64,000 nucleotides of DNA, from the NCBI GenBank assembly GCA_963748015.1, contig CAVVHE010000004.1, forward strand, positions 672,001 to 736,000, given 5' to 3'. A program made the translations under genes and the position numbers. The stretch comes from Terriglobia bacterium. GTDB taxonomy: Bacteria > Acidobacteriota > Polarisedimenticolia > Polarisedimenticolales > JAIQFR01. Positions 46,489-55,491 of this stretch are shown in pieces; position 1 is the stretch's first letter; every line of letters begins with the position of its first letter. The notes under the pieces were generated by a model. It had not been told where the DNA came from, did no database searches, and saw only the letters and a program-made list of their open reading frames with translations.

Positions 46489-47614
46489 CCCCGGCGGGGC
46501 CGGCGTGACGCTCGTCCCCGTGGAGGGCCGGAGGCTTCGAAGGGCCTTCATCGACCTGCCGCACCGGCTCTACGTAGGCTTCCCGGCCTACGTGCCGCGG
46601 CTCTTCGTGCAGCAGGCCTGGCAGCACTCCGAGAAGAACCCGTGGTTCCGGCACTCCACGGCCGCGTCGTGGCTCGCGCTGCGCGACGGCAGGCCCGTCG
46701 GGCGCGTCACCTGGTTCCTCAACCGGAGCCACGTGGCGCACTCCGGACGGCGGGAGGCGTTCTTCGGCTTCCTCGACGCCGGCGACGACGCCGGGGTGGT
46801 GGCGGCGCTGCTCGGCGCCGTCGAGGCGAGATCGCGGGAATCCGGCTGCACGGCGGTGCTCGGCCCCATCGAGTTCTCGACCAACGACACCTGCGGCCTG
46901 CTCGTCGACGGATTCGAGCACCCGCCCGCTATCCTCATGCCTTGGAACCCACCCTGGCTCCCGCCCCTGGTGGAGGGGTGCGGCTATGCCCCGGTCATGT
47001 CGCTCGAGGCCTGGGAGATCGGCGGCCGGCCCGCCGTGGTGGACGAGGCGGCCGGGCGGATGCGTGCGCGTCTCGCGTCGCGCGGCATCACCGTCCGCCC
47101 CGTCGACCTCGGGCACTTCGACGAGGAGGTCGACCGGCTCTTCCCTCTCTACCAGGCGATTTACCGGGAGAACTGGGGCTTCATGCCGCTGACGCGCGAG
47201 GAGTTCCGGGAGCAGGCGAAGGACCTGAGGCGGGCGACTCACCCCGAGCTGGCAGTCATCGCCGAGGACCGGGGGCAACCCATCGGCTACGGCGTCGGGA
47301 TCTTCGACGCCAGCCGCGTGTTCCGCGACTTCCGTCGGGGCCGGCTCCTCCCGTTCAACCTCTTCAAGCTTCCCCGGATCAAGCGCGTCGGGCGAATTCG
47401 GATCCTCAACCTCGGCGTCGTTCCGCGCTACCGGCGCATGGGGATCGAGCTCCTCATGTACGCGCACTTCGCGGATGTCGGAGCCCGGCGCGGCATCACC
47501 ACCGCCGAGGCCTCCTACGTCATGGGCGACAACCGGATGATGCAGCGGGCCCTGGAGCGGCTGGGGGCGAGCGTCAGCAAGCGTTACGCGATCTACCGGC
47601 GCGAGCTGGGATAG
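46466..47614 (+). CDS. GNAT-fold acyltransferase of the YghO/bacterial ceramide synthase-like family
   Basis: FIDLPHRLY...YVP...NPWF...VGR...FFGF...GP..FSTNDTCGLLVDGF...MPWNPP...NWGFMPLT...LGVVP.YR..G. Confidence 0.75.
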   Translation: MTSPSSTDPGGAGVTLVPVEGRRLRRAFIDLPHRLYVGFPAYVPRLFVQQAWQHSEKNPWFRHSTAASWLALRDGRPVGRVTWFLNRSHVAHSGRREAFFGFLDAGDDAGVVAALLGAVEARSRESGCTAVLGPIEFSTNDTCGLLVDGFEHPPAILMPWNPPWLPPLVEGCGYAPVMSLEAWEIGGRPAVVDEAAGRMRARLASRGITVRPVDLGHFDEEVDRLFPLYQAIYRENWGFMPLTREEFREQAKDLRRATHPELAVIAEDRGQPIGYGVGIFDASRVFRDFRRGRLLPFNLFKLPRIKRVGRIRILNLGVVPRYRRMGIELLMYAHFADVGARRGITTAEASYVMGDNRMMQRALERLGASVSKRYAIYRRELG

Positions 47615-47633
47615 TCGAGCCCCGGGGCGCGGG

Positions 47634-48044
47634 TCAGGGTTCCGAGACCGGCACCGTCCCGTCGAGGATCGAGACCTTGAGCAGGCTGTCCCCGACGCGG
47701 ATCTCGTCCTCGTGGTGGAACTTCCTCCTGTCGATGCGGACGCCGTTCAGAAAGGTGCCGTTCGTGCTTGCGAGGTCCACGAGGTAGTAGTGCTCGGGGC
47801 CGAAGATCTTGATCTCGGCGTGACGTTCCGAGACCTTGGGGTCGCGGAGGATGAGGTCCGCCTTGGCGCGGCCGACGAGGAACGAGCCGCCCGACGACAC
47901 GTCGAACACCTTGCCGGTTTCAGGACCGGCAAGGACCCGGAAGTAGATGCGCGTGTCCGCCGCCACGATCCCCGACTTGAGCCGCGGAGCGTGAAGGTCC
48001 GGGTCGACGACGGTCCCTTCCAGCGGTTCGTCGTTCTGTCTCAA
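47634..48044 (-). CDS. FHA domain protein
   Basis: LVGR...VSERHA...DLASTNGTFLNG...DEIRVG; AAGGGAGG RBS; TTG start overlaps the kinase stop. Confidence 0.85.
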   Translation of the reverse strand: MRQNDEPLEGTVVDPDLHAPRLKSGIVAADTRIYFRVLAGPETGKVFDVSSGGSFLVGRAKADLILRDPKVSERHAEIKIFGPEHYYLVDLASTNGTFLNGVRIDRRKFHHEDEIRVGDSLLKVSILDGTVPVSEP

Positions 48045-49807
48045 GATCCCTCCCTTGCGGCGGAGCGGCGCCAATCGACGTCGAGCTTCGGCCGCGGCCA
48101 CGATCGCACCGAAACATCCAGGGTGTAGCGTTCTCCGGAGACGACCTCCACGGCGAGCTTCTGGACGAGGTTGACTTTTCCGTCGCCGCTCGCGATGCCC
48201 ACCGAGAGCGCGTGAGAGCCGGGCGGAAGCCGCAAGGAGCCGTCCTCGGTCTCGCGGCCGTACGACACGAGGCTCCTTCCGGCGATGGCCAGCTTCTTCT
48301 TGCGCGTTTCCAGGGCCAGGCTCTCGACGGCGTTGCCGTCGGACCACACCGTCAGCTGTCCGGCCTCCAGGCCGTGCGTGACGCGCATGGCGACGTTCTC
48401 GCGCAGCACCGTCTCGCGAAAGAACGAGCTCACCCGAGCGGCGGGGTCCGGAGAGACGTCGGCGTCGCTCGACCGCCTCGTCGTCAGGAAGACGGTTGCT
48501 CCGAGCAGGCCGCAGGCGGCGAGCACGACGGCCGCGACGACACGGGGCCTTGCGCGCCACTCCTCGCCCGTCCCCCGTGCCAACCCGCGGCAGGCTGCGA
48601 CGAGCACGACACCGGCCCGCCTGGCGGCCGCGGCGACCTGAGGGGCTCGCGCCGCCCAGGCCCTCGCTGCCTGCGTGCCGGCTCGTCTCGAGCCATCCGC
48701 GACGGCGGCCGCGGCCCGAACGACGCCCACGGCGGCGGCGGAGCCGAGCGCTGCGGCTCGCTGCTCGATCGCCTCGGCGCGCTCGGGGTCCGGCGCGGAG
48801 GGAGCGGGGGAGGCGCCGTCCACGAGGGTGCGCTCCGCCTCCGCCGTCGCGGCGGCCGGACTTCCATTTCGGCCGTTCTCCCGGGCCAGGCTCGCGGCGG
48901 CGCGAAGCTCGCCGGCGAGCTCGGATCCGAACCGATGGCGCCGCGCCGGGTCCTTGGCCAGTGCCTTCAGCACCACGGCCTGGATCGCCGGGGGAAGGTC
49001 CGGGCGCCAACGGTTGGGAGGGGTCGGCTCCAGGTGACAGATCGAGTAGGCGAGGGAAGCGAGATCGTTCCCCTCGAAGGGCCGCGAGCCGGTCAGGAGC
49101 GTGTATGCCACCGCGCCGAGCGAGAAGAGGTCGGTCCTGCCGTCCACCGGGAGGCCGCGAATCTGCTCGGGGGCGGCGTAGGCCGGGGAGCCGAGGAACG
49201 CGCCCTCGCGCGTGAGATCGGAGTCGGCGAGCCGCGCGATGCCGAAGTCCGCGAGCCGGGCGCGGCCTTCCCGGTCCACCAGGATGTTCGCGGGCTTCAC
49301 GTCTCGGTGGACGATCCCCTGGCGGTGCGCGTGGTCGAGGGCGTCGGCGACCTGCGCGGCCCAGTCCAGCACGCGCGCCGGTTCGGGGCGTACCCCGCGC
49401 TTCAGGTACTCGTCCAGGCTCCTGCCCTCGACGTACTCCATCACGATGAAGGGTCGACCGTCGTCCGCCTGGCCGGCGTCGTGGATCGCGACGATTCCGG
49501 GATGGGCGAGCCGTCCCGCGGCGCGGGCCTCGAGGAGGAAGCGCCGCTCCCACTCCTCACGCCGGGCACTATCGAGACCGTCGGGGCACCGGAGGAGCTT
49601 GACCGCCACGACCCGGCCGATCGTCGGGTCGCTCGCCTTCCAGACCTCGCCCATCGTGCCGGCGCCGATCCTCTCCAAGAGCGCGTAACGCCCGACCTGA
49701 GGGCGCGGGCTTACGGGTGGCAATGCTCGAGGATCGGCATCCGGTCCGACCCCCGAAACGGGCTCGGATCCGACGGATTTCGCCTCCGTGACGTTCACCG
49801 ACACCAT
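48041..49807 (-). CDS. Membrane-bound Hanks-type Ser/Thr protein kinase
   Basis: IGAGTMGEVW, VAVK, HRDVKPAN, DFG, APE, DLFSLG; TM followed by an extracytoplasmic domain. Confidence 0.93.
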   Translation of the reverse strand: MVSVNVTEAKSVGSEPVSGVGPDADPRALPPVSPRPQVGRYALLERIGAGTMGEVWKASDPTIGRVVAVKLLRCPDGLDSARREEWERRFLLEARAAGRLAHPGIVAIHDAGQADDGRPFIVMEYVEGRSLDEYLKRGVRPEPARVLDWAAQVADALDHAHRQGIVHRDVKPANILVDREGRARLADFGIARLADSDLTREGAFLGSPAYAAPEQIRGLPVDGRTDLFSLGAVAYTLLTGSRPFEGNDLASLAYSICHLEPTPPNRWRPDLPPAIQAVVLKALAKDPARRHRFGSELAGELRAAASLARENGRNGSPAAATAEAERTLVDGASPAPSAPDPERAEAIEQRAAALGSAAAVGVVRAAAAVADGSRRAGTQAARAWAARAPQVAAAARRAGVVLVAACRGLARGTGEEWRARPRVVAAVVLAACGLLGATVFLTTRRSSDADVSPDPAARVSSFFRETVLRENVAMRVTHGLEAGQLTVWSDGNAVESLALETRKKKLAIAGRSLVSYGRETEDGSLRLPPGSHALSVGIASGDGKVNLVQKLAVEVVSGERYTLDVSVRSWPRPKLDVDWRRSAAREGS

Positions 49808-49890
49808 TCCCTCTCGGTACGGGTCCCGAGAGGAAATCTAGGCCTGTCAAAGTGGCGGTCAAGGAAGGCGGACCGACGTGGCCGGGTCCG

Positions 49891-50934
49891 TCAGAAAGCG
49901 ACCTTCGTTTGGCCCGCGTCCACGGCCTTCAGGAATTTCAGGAGGCCGGGAAAGTAGGTCTCCTGATCGTCCCACATGTCGAGGTGGCTTCCGTTCGGGC
50001 AGAGCAGGAAGCTGCCGTTCTGCACCTCGCCGGCGACCCACTTCATGTGGGCCGGGTCCATGGTGTCGTGGGTCGCCCCGATGACGAGGGTGGGCATCGC
50101 GAGCTTCTTCAGGTCCGCCTTGCGGTCCCACTTCTCGAGGCGCCCGGAGGCGCCGAACTCGCTGGGACCCTGCATGAGGACGTAGATGTCCCTGTTGAGC
50201 TTCGCGAACGAGCGGTTCACCGCATCGGGCCATTCCGGCAGGCGGCAGATGTGCTGGGCGTAATAGTTGGGGCCGAGGAGCTCCATGTAGCGCGGACTCT
50301 CGAAGTCGCCCTTGGCCTCGAGGTCCCGGATCTCCTTCAGCGCCGCCGGGTCCATCTGCTTCGCCAAGACTTCGTCGGCGTACTTCACGTAGTCCGGGAT
50401 GCTCATCATCATGTTGGAGATGATCAGACCCTTGAGGTTCTGGCCGTGCTTGAGGGCGTACTCGACGGCGAGGATGCCGCCCCACGAGCTGCCGAGGAGA
50501 TAGAAGTTGTCCTTGTCGAGGCCGAGGGCCTGGCGCACCTGCTCGACTTCGTCGACGAAGCGCTCCACGGTCCAGAGATCCGGGTCCTTGGGCTGGTCGG
50601 AGTAGGCCGAGCCGAGCTGGTCGTAGTAGATGAACTCGATCCCTTCCGCGGGAAAAAAGCTCTCGAAGGACTCGAAGTACTCGTGCGTCGCTCCGGGACC
50701 GCCGTGGAGAAGCAGCACCTTGATGCGCGGATTGCTGCCGAAGCGCTTGGTCCACACCTTGAAGTTGCCCTTGGAGGTGGTGACGGGGATCATGCGAACC
50801 CCTCCGGCCTGCACGCCGGGTGAGCCGGGGGCGAAGTAGGACTTCAGAGTCGGGCCGGGGTTGGCGGCCTTCTGACAACCGGCGAGGGCTAGAAGGGCCA
50901 CTACCGGAAGGACGAGAGGCGAGCGTAGTCTCAT
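49891..50934 (-). CDS. Proline iminopeptidase-family alpha/beta hydrolase (lipoprotein)
   Basis: LAGC lipobox; LLHGGPG, YDQLGS, GSSWGG, GSH; GGAGG RBS. Confidence 0.88.
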   Translation of the reverse strand: MRLRSPLVLPVVALLALAGCQKAANPGPTLKSYFAPGSPGVQAGGVRMIPVTTSKGNFKVWTKRFGSNPRIKVLLLHGGPGATHEYFESFESFFPAEGIEFIYYDQLGSAYSDQPKDPDLWTVERFVDEVEQVRQALGLDKDNFYLLGSSWGGILAVEYALKHGQNLKGLIISNMMMSIPDYVKYADEVLAKQMDPAALKEIRDLEAKGDFESPRYMELLGPNYYAQHICRLPEWPDAVNRSFAKLNRDIYVLMQGPSEFGASGRLEKWDRKADLKKLAMPTLVIGATHDTMDPAHMKWVAGEVQNGSFLLCPNGSHLDMWDDQETYFPGLLKFLKAVDAGQTKVAF

Positions 50935-51099
50935 GGGACCTCCTCGATCCGGGGAAGCATAGCGCCAATTCGCAAGGGCGGGCGCCGCGCCGGGGCAGCC
51001 GCCTTGGCGCCGCGACGATAGCGCCCGTCCCCCTCGCCCGAGCGCGACGGGCACTTCAACGAGGCCTCGGAGGACCTCGCCGGCCGCCGCTTCGCAGCG

Positions 51100-53359
51100 C
51101 TACCCCTGCACCGCGTACGACACCTTCAGGAACCACGAGTGGCCCGCGTCGACCAGGCTTCCTTCCGGCGCGAGCGCCCACTCGTCCCCGTACCCGAGGA
51201 ACAGGACCGACTGCCAGTTCAGCTTGTAGGAGAAGAGCGCGCTGGCGGCGAAGCCTCCGTCCTTCTCGCTGACGGGGAAGACGTAGAGCGCCGGATCGCG
51301 CTGCGTTTGCTCCCACTGCCCGATCAGACGGAGAAAGCAGCGGGCGCTGAACGTGTAGACGGCCTTGATCCGCTCCACGTGCGCGGTGAAGAGGCGCTGC
51401 TTGGGACCTCCGCCGTCCGGGCTCACGTCGAGCCAGCGCCGCTCGCCGTCGAGGCGAAGAGCAACATGGTCGCCGGGGCGCATCGTCGCGCCGAGGACGA
51501 AGCTGGCGCCGGTCCCCGGTCTCTCGTTCTCGAAGTCCAGCTCCTCGCCCACGATGCCCTCGAGTCCGGCGTCGGAGAACACCTGCGAGGGGTTCGCGCG
51601 GAGCTGGAAACGGAATTGCCGCCGCGGGTAGTCCTCGCTCCCGGCCTTCATCCGGTCGAGGTAGAGCCAGAACCGGCCGAACGAGTTCCACTTCCCGTCC
51701 ATTCCGAAACCGCCGGCGACGAGCCTCCTCAGCAGGACCCGGTCCTGGTCCTCGATGTAGTCGACCATGGCGAACGAGCGAAGACGCGACAGGAAGCCGG
51801 TCGGGTGCCAGGTGTGCCCGGTCTCCACGTATCCCTCGCGGAATCCCACCTGCGGGACGAAGCCGCAGTCCGCCCGGAAGCCGTCGCCGAAGATCTTCGT
51901 CTGCGCAGCGAAGTCGAAGCTGCGCGTGGTGTGCGACCACCAGACATCGATGCCCGTCCCGGAGAGCTTCGTGCCGTCCCATGCCGCCGAGAGGTCGGGC
52001 CGGACGGGCGTCTCGGTGAGACTGAACAGGAGCTGGCCCGAGACGACGTCGGCACCGTTCGGACGCCACTGGAAGTCGGGGCCGGCCACCCGGTTGTAGC
52101 CGCCGCCGCGGATCTCGCGGTCGGTCGCGAGGAAACTCAGGTACGAGCCGCCGATGTCTCTCCGGAGCCGCGCCAGGGCGACGTTCGAGACGAAGTCCTG
52201 GGGGGCGAAGGAGGAGTACTCCGGGCCCGGCAGGATGACGCTTCCGCCTCCACGGTCCTCCACGGCGAGGGCGGTGTAGGCGGTGTTGCCGTACTTGCCT
52301 GTCGCGCGCAGACCCCAGCGGGGAGAAGTGAGGGTGCGGGTATAGACCGCCTGGATCTGTGTCGAGAACAGCTCCGTCCCCTCGAGGAAGAAAGGCCGCT
52401 TCTCCGGATAGAAGATCGCGAAGCGCTCGTTCGCCGAGATTCTCGCGACGTCCGACTCCACCTGCGAGAAGTCGGGGTTCAGCGTCATGTCCATGGCGTG
52501 GTCGGGGTTCGGGATCCACTTTGCGTCGAGTCCCGCTGTCCCGTCCACGCCGCGGGTGTCGAGCGGGGCCCCCGGCGGCCCGGTCGGGACCGATTCCTGC
52601 TTCGCGGAAACGTAAGGCGCCACGACGAAATGGTCCCCCGACGGCAGCCCGTCGAGGCCCGTGAGCGGATGCTCGTGGCAGATGAAGCAGCTGCTGCCGC
52701 GGGGCAGGGGAGTCGAGAAGATCTGGTAGCGGTTGTCTCTCGGGTAGTTCCGGTAAAGGAGGATTCCCCAGGATCGCGGCCCGTTCCCGTCGTAGCGGAG
52801 GGTAGAGAACGGAACGCGGATCTCGAGGACCCAGCCGCTCTTCGTGATCCTGGCCGAGGAGTCCCAGTAGAAGTCGGGAGACGAGCTCTCGCCCCCGGTG
52901 GAGTCGTCCTGCACGGCGTCGTACTGGATGCCGCGGGGGGTCGCCAGGAAGAGGGTGGCGGTCCGCCCGTCGCTGCGGGTGTCGAGCAGGATGCCTCCGT
53001 AGTCGATGCTCTCCGTGATGTCGTCCCGATCGGAATACGGCGCCCGGATGCTCGAGGGGTCCGGGTCGGAGAACTCGAACCCCGCGTAGAAGTACGCGTC
53101 GTCGTAGGCGAGATACGCGACCGACGCGACCCTCGGAGGCACGTTCTCGCCGGGGCGCGTCTCGTACCAGGTGTCGACGCGGGTCGCATCCTTCCAGCCC
53201 GCGTCGGAGAGGTCCCCGTCGACGGTGATGGTCCCCACGGCCCGAGTGGACGCGAATCTCGTCGCCGCGTTGGGGCGCCTCGGCAACCGTGGGGGAAAAC
53301 GAACCGGCCAGTGCGCACGCCAGCGCGAAAAGCAGGGCGGTCCGGCCTAGCCGAGTCAC
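51100..53359 (-). CDS. CBM9-like/DUF5916 outer-membrane protein; apparent frameshift near 53245
   Basis: Signal peptide in a neighbouring frame; ITVDGDLSD..W; LNPDFSQVESD; FYPEKRPFFLEG; C-terminal FLKVSY. Confidence 0.85.
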
Positions 53360-53430
53360 GCTCCGTAATACGATCCCGAGCGCCCCAGGTTGCGAGGCGC
53401 TTGCGCGCGGGGTCGTCGCAGGGATCGCCT

Positions 53431-53883
53431 CTAGGACGAGGTGCTCGTCCAGGCGGGCATCGGGTTGTCGGGACGCTCGTTGTCCCACAGGATGGAGACG
53501 ATCCACCAGCGCTGCCCGTCGTCGAAGAGCTGGATGCAGTTGATCCCTCGCCAGAGGATCTCGCCGCCGGGCCGGCGCCGCGCCTCGTACGCCGAGAGCG
53601 CGTGGGCGATGTGCCCGAATCGGAAGGTCTGGCGGGCGATCTCCTGCTCGAGGAAGTCGTTCTCGGCGAAGTACGGCGAGCGCGACGCGATGTAGCCGTC
53701 CACGTCGAATACCTCGGCGACGGGGGCTCCATCGGGCTTCCGCCGGGTGGGGACGAGCCGGGCGCCCGGGAGGAAGAGCGCTCGGAACCGCGTCCAGTCG
53801 CGCGGCGCTCCGGCGACACCGGAGATGCACGCGTAGAGCGCGTCCATGACGGCGGCGATCGAAGACAGAGCGGGTTCGTGCAT
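53431..53883 (-). CDS. Hypothetical protein, NTF2/SnoaL-like
   Basis: LY..ISG....RDW.RFR.LF.PGARL...FGHIAH..S.YE...RGIN.IQL...RWWIVSILWD.E. Confidence 0.75.
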   Translation of the reverse strand: MHEPALSSIAAVMDALYACISGVAGAPRDWTRFRALFLPGARLVPTRRKPDGAPVAEVFDVDGYIASRSPYFAENDFLEQEIARQTFRFGHIAHALSAYEARRRPGGEILWRGINCIQLFDDGQRWWIVSILWDNERPDNPMPAWTSTSS

Positions 53884-54070
53884 GGTGAACGGGCGGAGCC
53901 TAGCTCCGTGGGCGGTCCGCGGTCAAGAGTCGCGCCTCGATCGTCGAATGGCACCGGGGAGTGCTCGGAGGACAGCCCACGACCTCGCGCCCCGGGGTAT
54001 CGCATCCACGGCCCCACGCACTAGACTGTGGAGAGCGTTTTTCTTTGCGAGCGCAGGGAGGGTGGCCTCA

Positions 54071-55366
54071 ATGTCCCAGGCGCCGGAAACCGGCCAAGGT
54101 CGGGGAAGGATGCGGGCCGCGATGCGCGCGTTCCGCCGTCCGCTGCGTATCCTCGTCTTGTCGGCCTTCGGTCTCTCCGCCGGCTTCGCGGGCGAAGTTC
54201 CATCGCCCCTGTTCTACGAGTCGGAAGCCGAGTTCCTGCAAGACGTGGACGATGGGCAGTTCGATCAGCACCTCGAGCTTCACCTCCTGGAGTACTCGGT
54301 CGACCCGCGATGGGCCGCCGACTGGGCGGCCCGGAGATACTCGAGCGGCGGCCTGCTCGGGACCTACGGCTCCATCTCGTCGCAGCAACTCTTCGTGGAC
54401 AGCGATATCGCGCTGAACGTCTTCCCTCACGATCGATTCCAGCTCCGGTACGAGTGGAAGGCGTACCAGGAGAAGCGCTTCGACGTCTCGGAGCAGCGCC
54501 TGGACGCGGTGTGGTACGCGGCCTCCGGCTGGGGCGTCGTCTTCACCTGCTGGCCGGCCTACCAGAAGGAAGAGATCGCGGGGGGCCTCGGGTTCAAGAT
54601 CGGGAAACCGAAGAGCGCGAAGTACCTGGTCGTGCGCGCGGTGGACGAGCGCCTCGTGTGGAACGAGAAGACCGAGAGCGGCGTTCGATTCGGCGGCAGA
54701 CCCCTCCGCATCGTCGCGGACGGGAACTACGACGGCGGCCGCTACCGGGTGAGCGGCTCCGTGGACTACGGTCTGCCCTACGAGGCCGTCGAGGAGGCGC
54801 CTGGCGCCGAGGTGGCCGAGCGCACGGTGCGTGGCCACCAGAGGTTCGGGGACGTGGCCGTGGAAAGGTCTTGGGAGGGCTGGGCGGCCGGTGTCCGCTT
54901 GACTCTCGGCTCGTTGGCCCGGCGGCAGGAGGACTCCTCGGGAGCGGTGTTCGACCTGGACCGGGCTTACGGCAGGGTGATCGTGAGCGGGCGGCGGGAG
55001 ATGAAGGGGTGGACGGCCTTCGGCTTGGCGGGTGCCGTCCGACAGCGGGACGAGTTCAGCTCCCCCGAGTATCCCGCGAGCGTCTACACGATGAACGCCA
55101 TCGTGATCGGCGCGGAGGGGAGCAAGCGCGTCGGAAAGGGCCTGGACCTGCGCGCCGGGTACCTTGGCAATTCCTGGCGCGGTGAACGGACGGGCTCCGG
55201 CGACGGCCTTCTCTCCGCCCAAGAAGATGACACCTACGCCGACAAGGTCCACTTCCGGGCGCTCTACACGTTCCGGCCGCAGATGGCGTTCGAGTTCTTG
55301 CTCTCGCAGACGCTCAGCGGCTCCCGGTTCGGGGGCGCTTCGCTGAAGGCGCTCCTGGTCTTCTGA
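54071..55366 (+). CDS. Putative outer-membrane beta-barrel protein (start uncertain)
   Basis: Signal-like ILVLSAFGLSAGFA; alternating amphipathic strands; C-terminal Phe (SLKALLVF). Confidence 0.6.
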   Translation: MSQAPETGQGRGRMRAAMRAFRRPLRILVLSAFGLSAGFAGEVPSPLFYESEAEFLQDVDDGQFDQHLELHLLEYSVDPRWAADWAARRYSSGGLLGTYGSISSQQLFVDSDIALNVFPHDRFQLRYEWKAYQEKRFDVSEQRLDAVWYAASGWGVVFTCWPAYQKEEIAGGLGFKIGKPKSAKYLVVRAVDERLVWNEKTESGVRFGGRPLRIVADGNYDGGRYRVSGSVDYGLPYEAVEEAPGAEVAERTVRGHQRFGDVAVERSWEGWAAGVRLTLGSLARRQEDSSGAVFDLDRAYGRVIVSGRREMKGWTAFGLAGAVRQRDEFSSPEYPASVYTMNAIVIGAEGSKRVGKGLDLRAGYLGNSWRGERTGSGDGLLSAQEDDTYADKVHFRALYTFRPQMAFEFLLSQTLSGSRFGGASLKALLVF

Positions 55367-55491
55367 ACTCGGCCTCGAGGGTCATTCCTTCCCGTCGCAA
55401 TCCAAAAGTCGGCGTATATTCGCGACCTGGCGAAGGGCCGCGCGCGGGCGCGGCCGAGGTATGCCCGCCCGCGGGACGGACGGAGGCGAAG

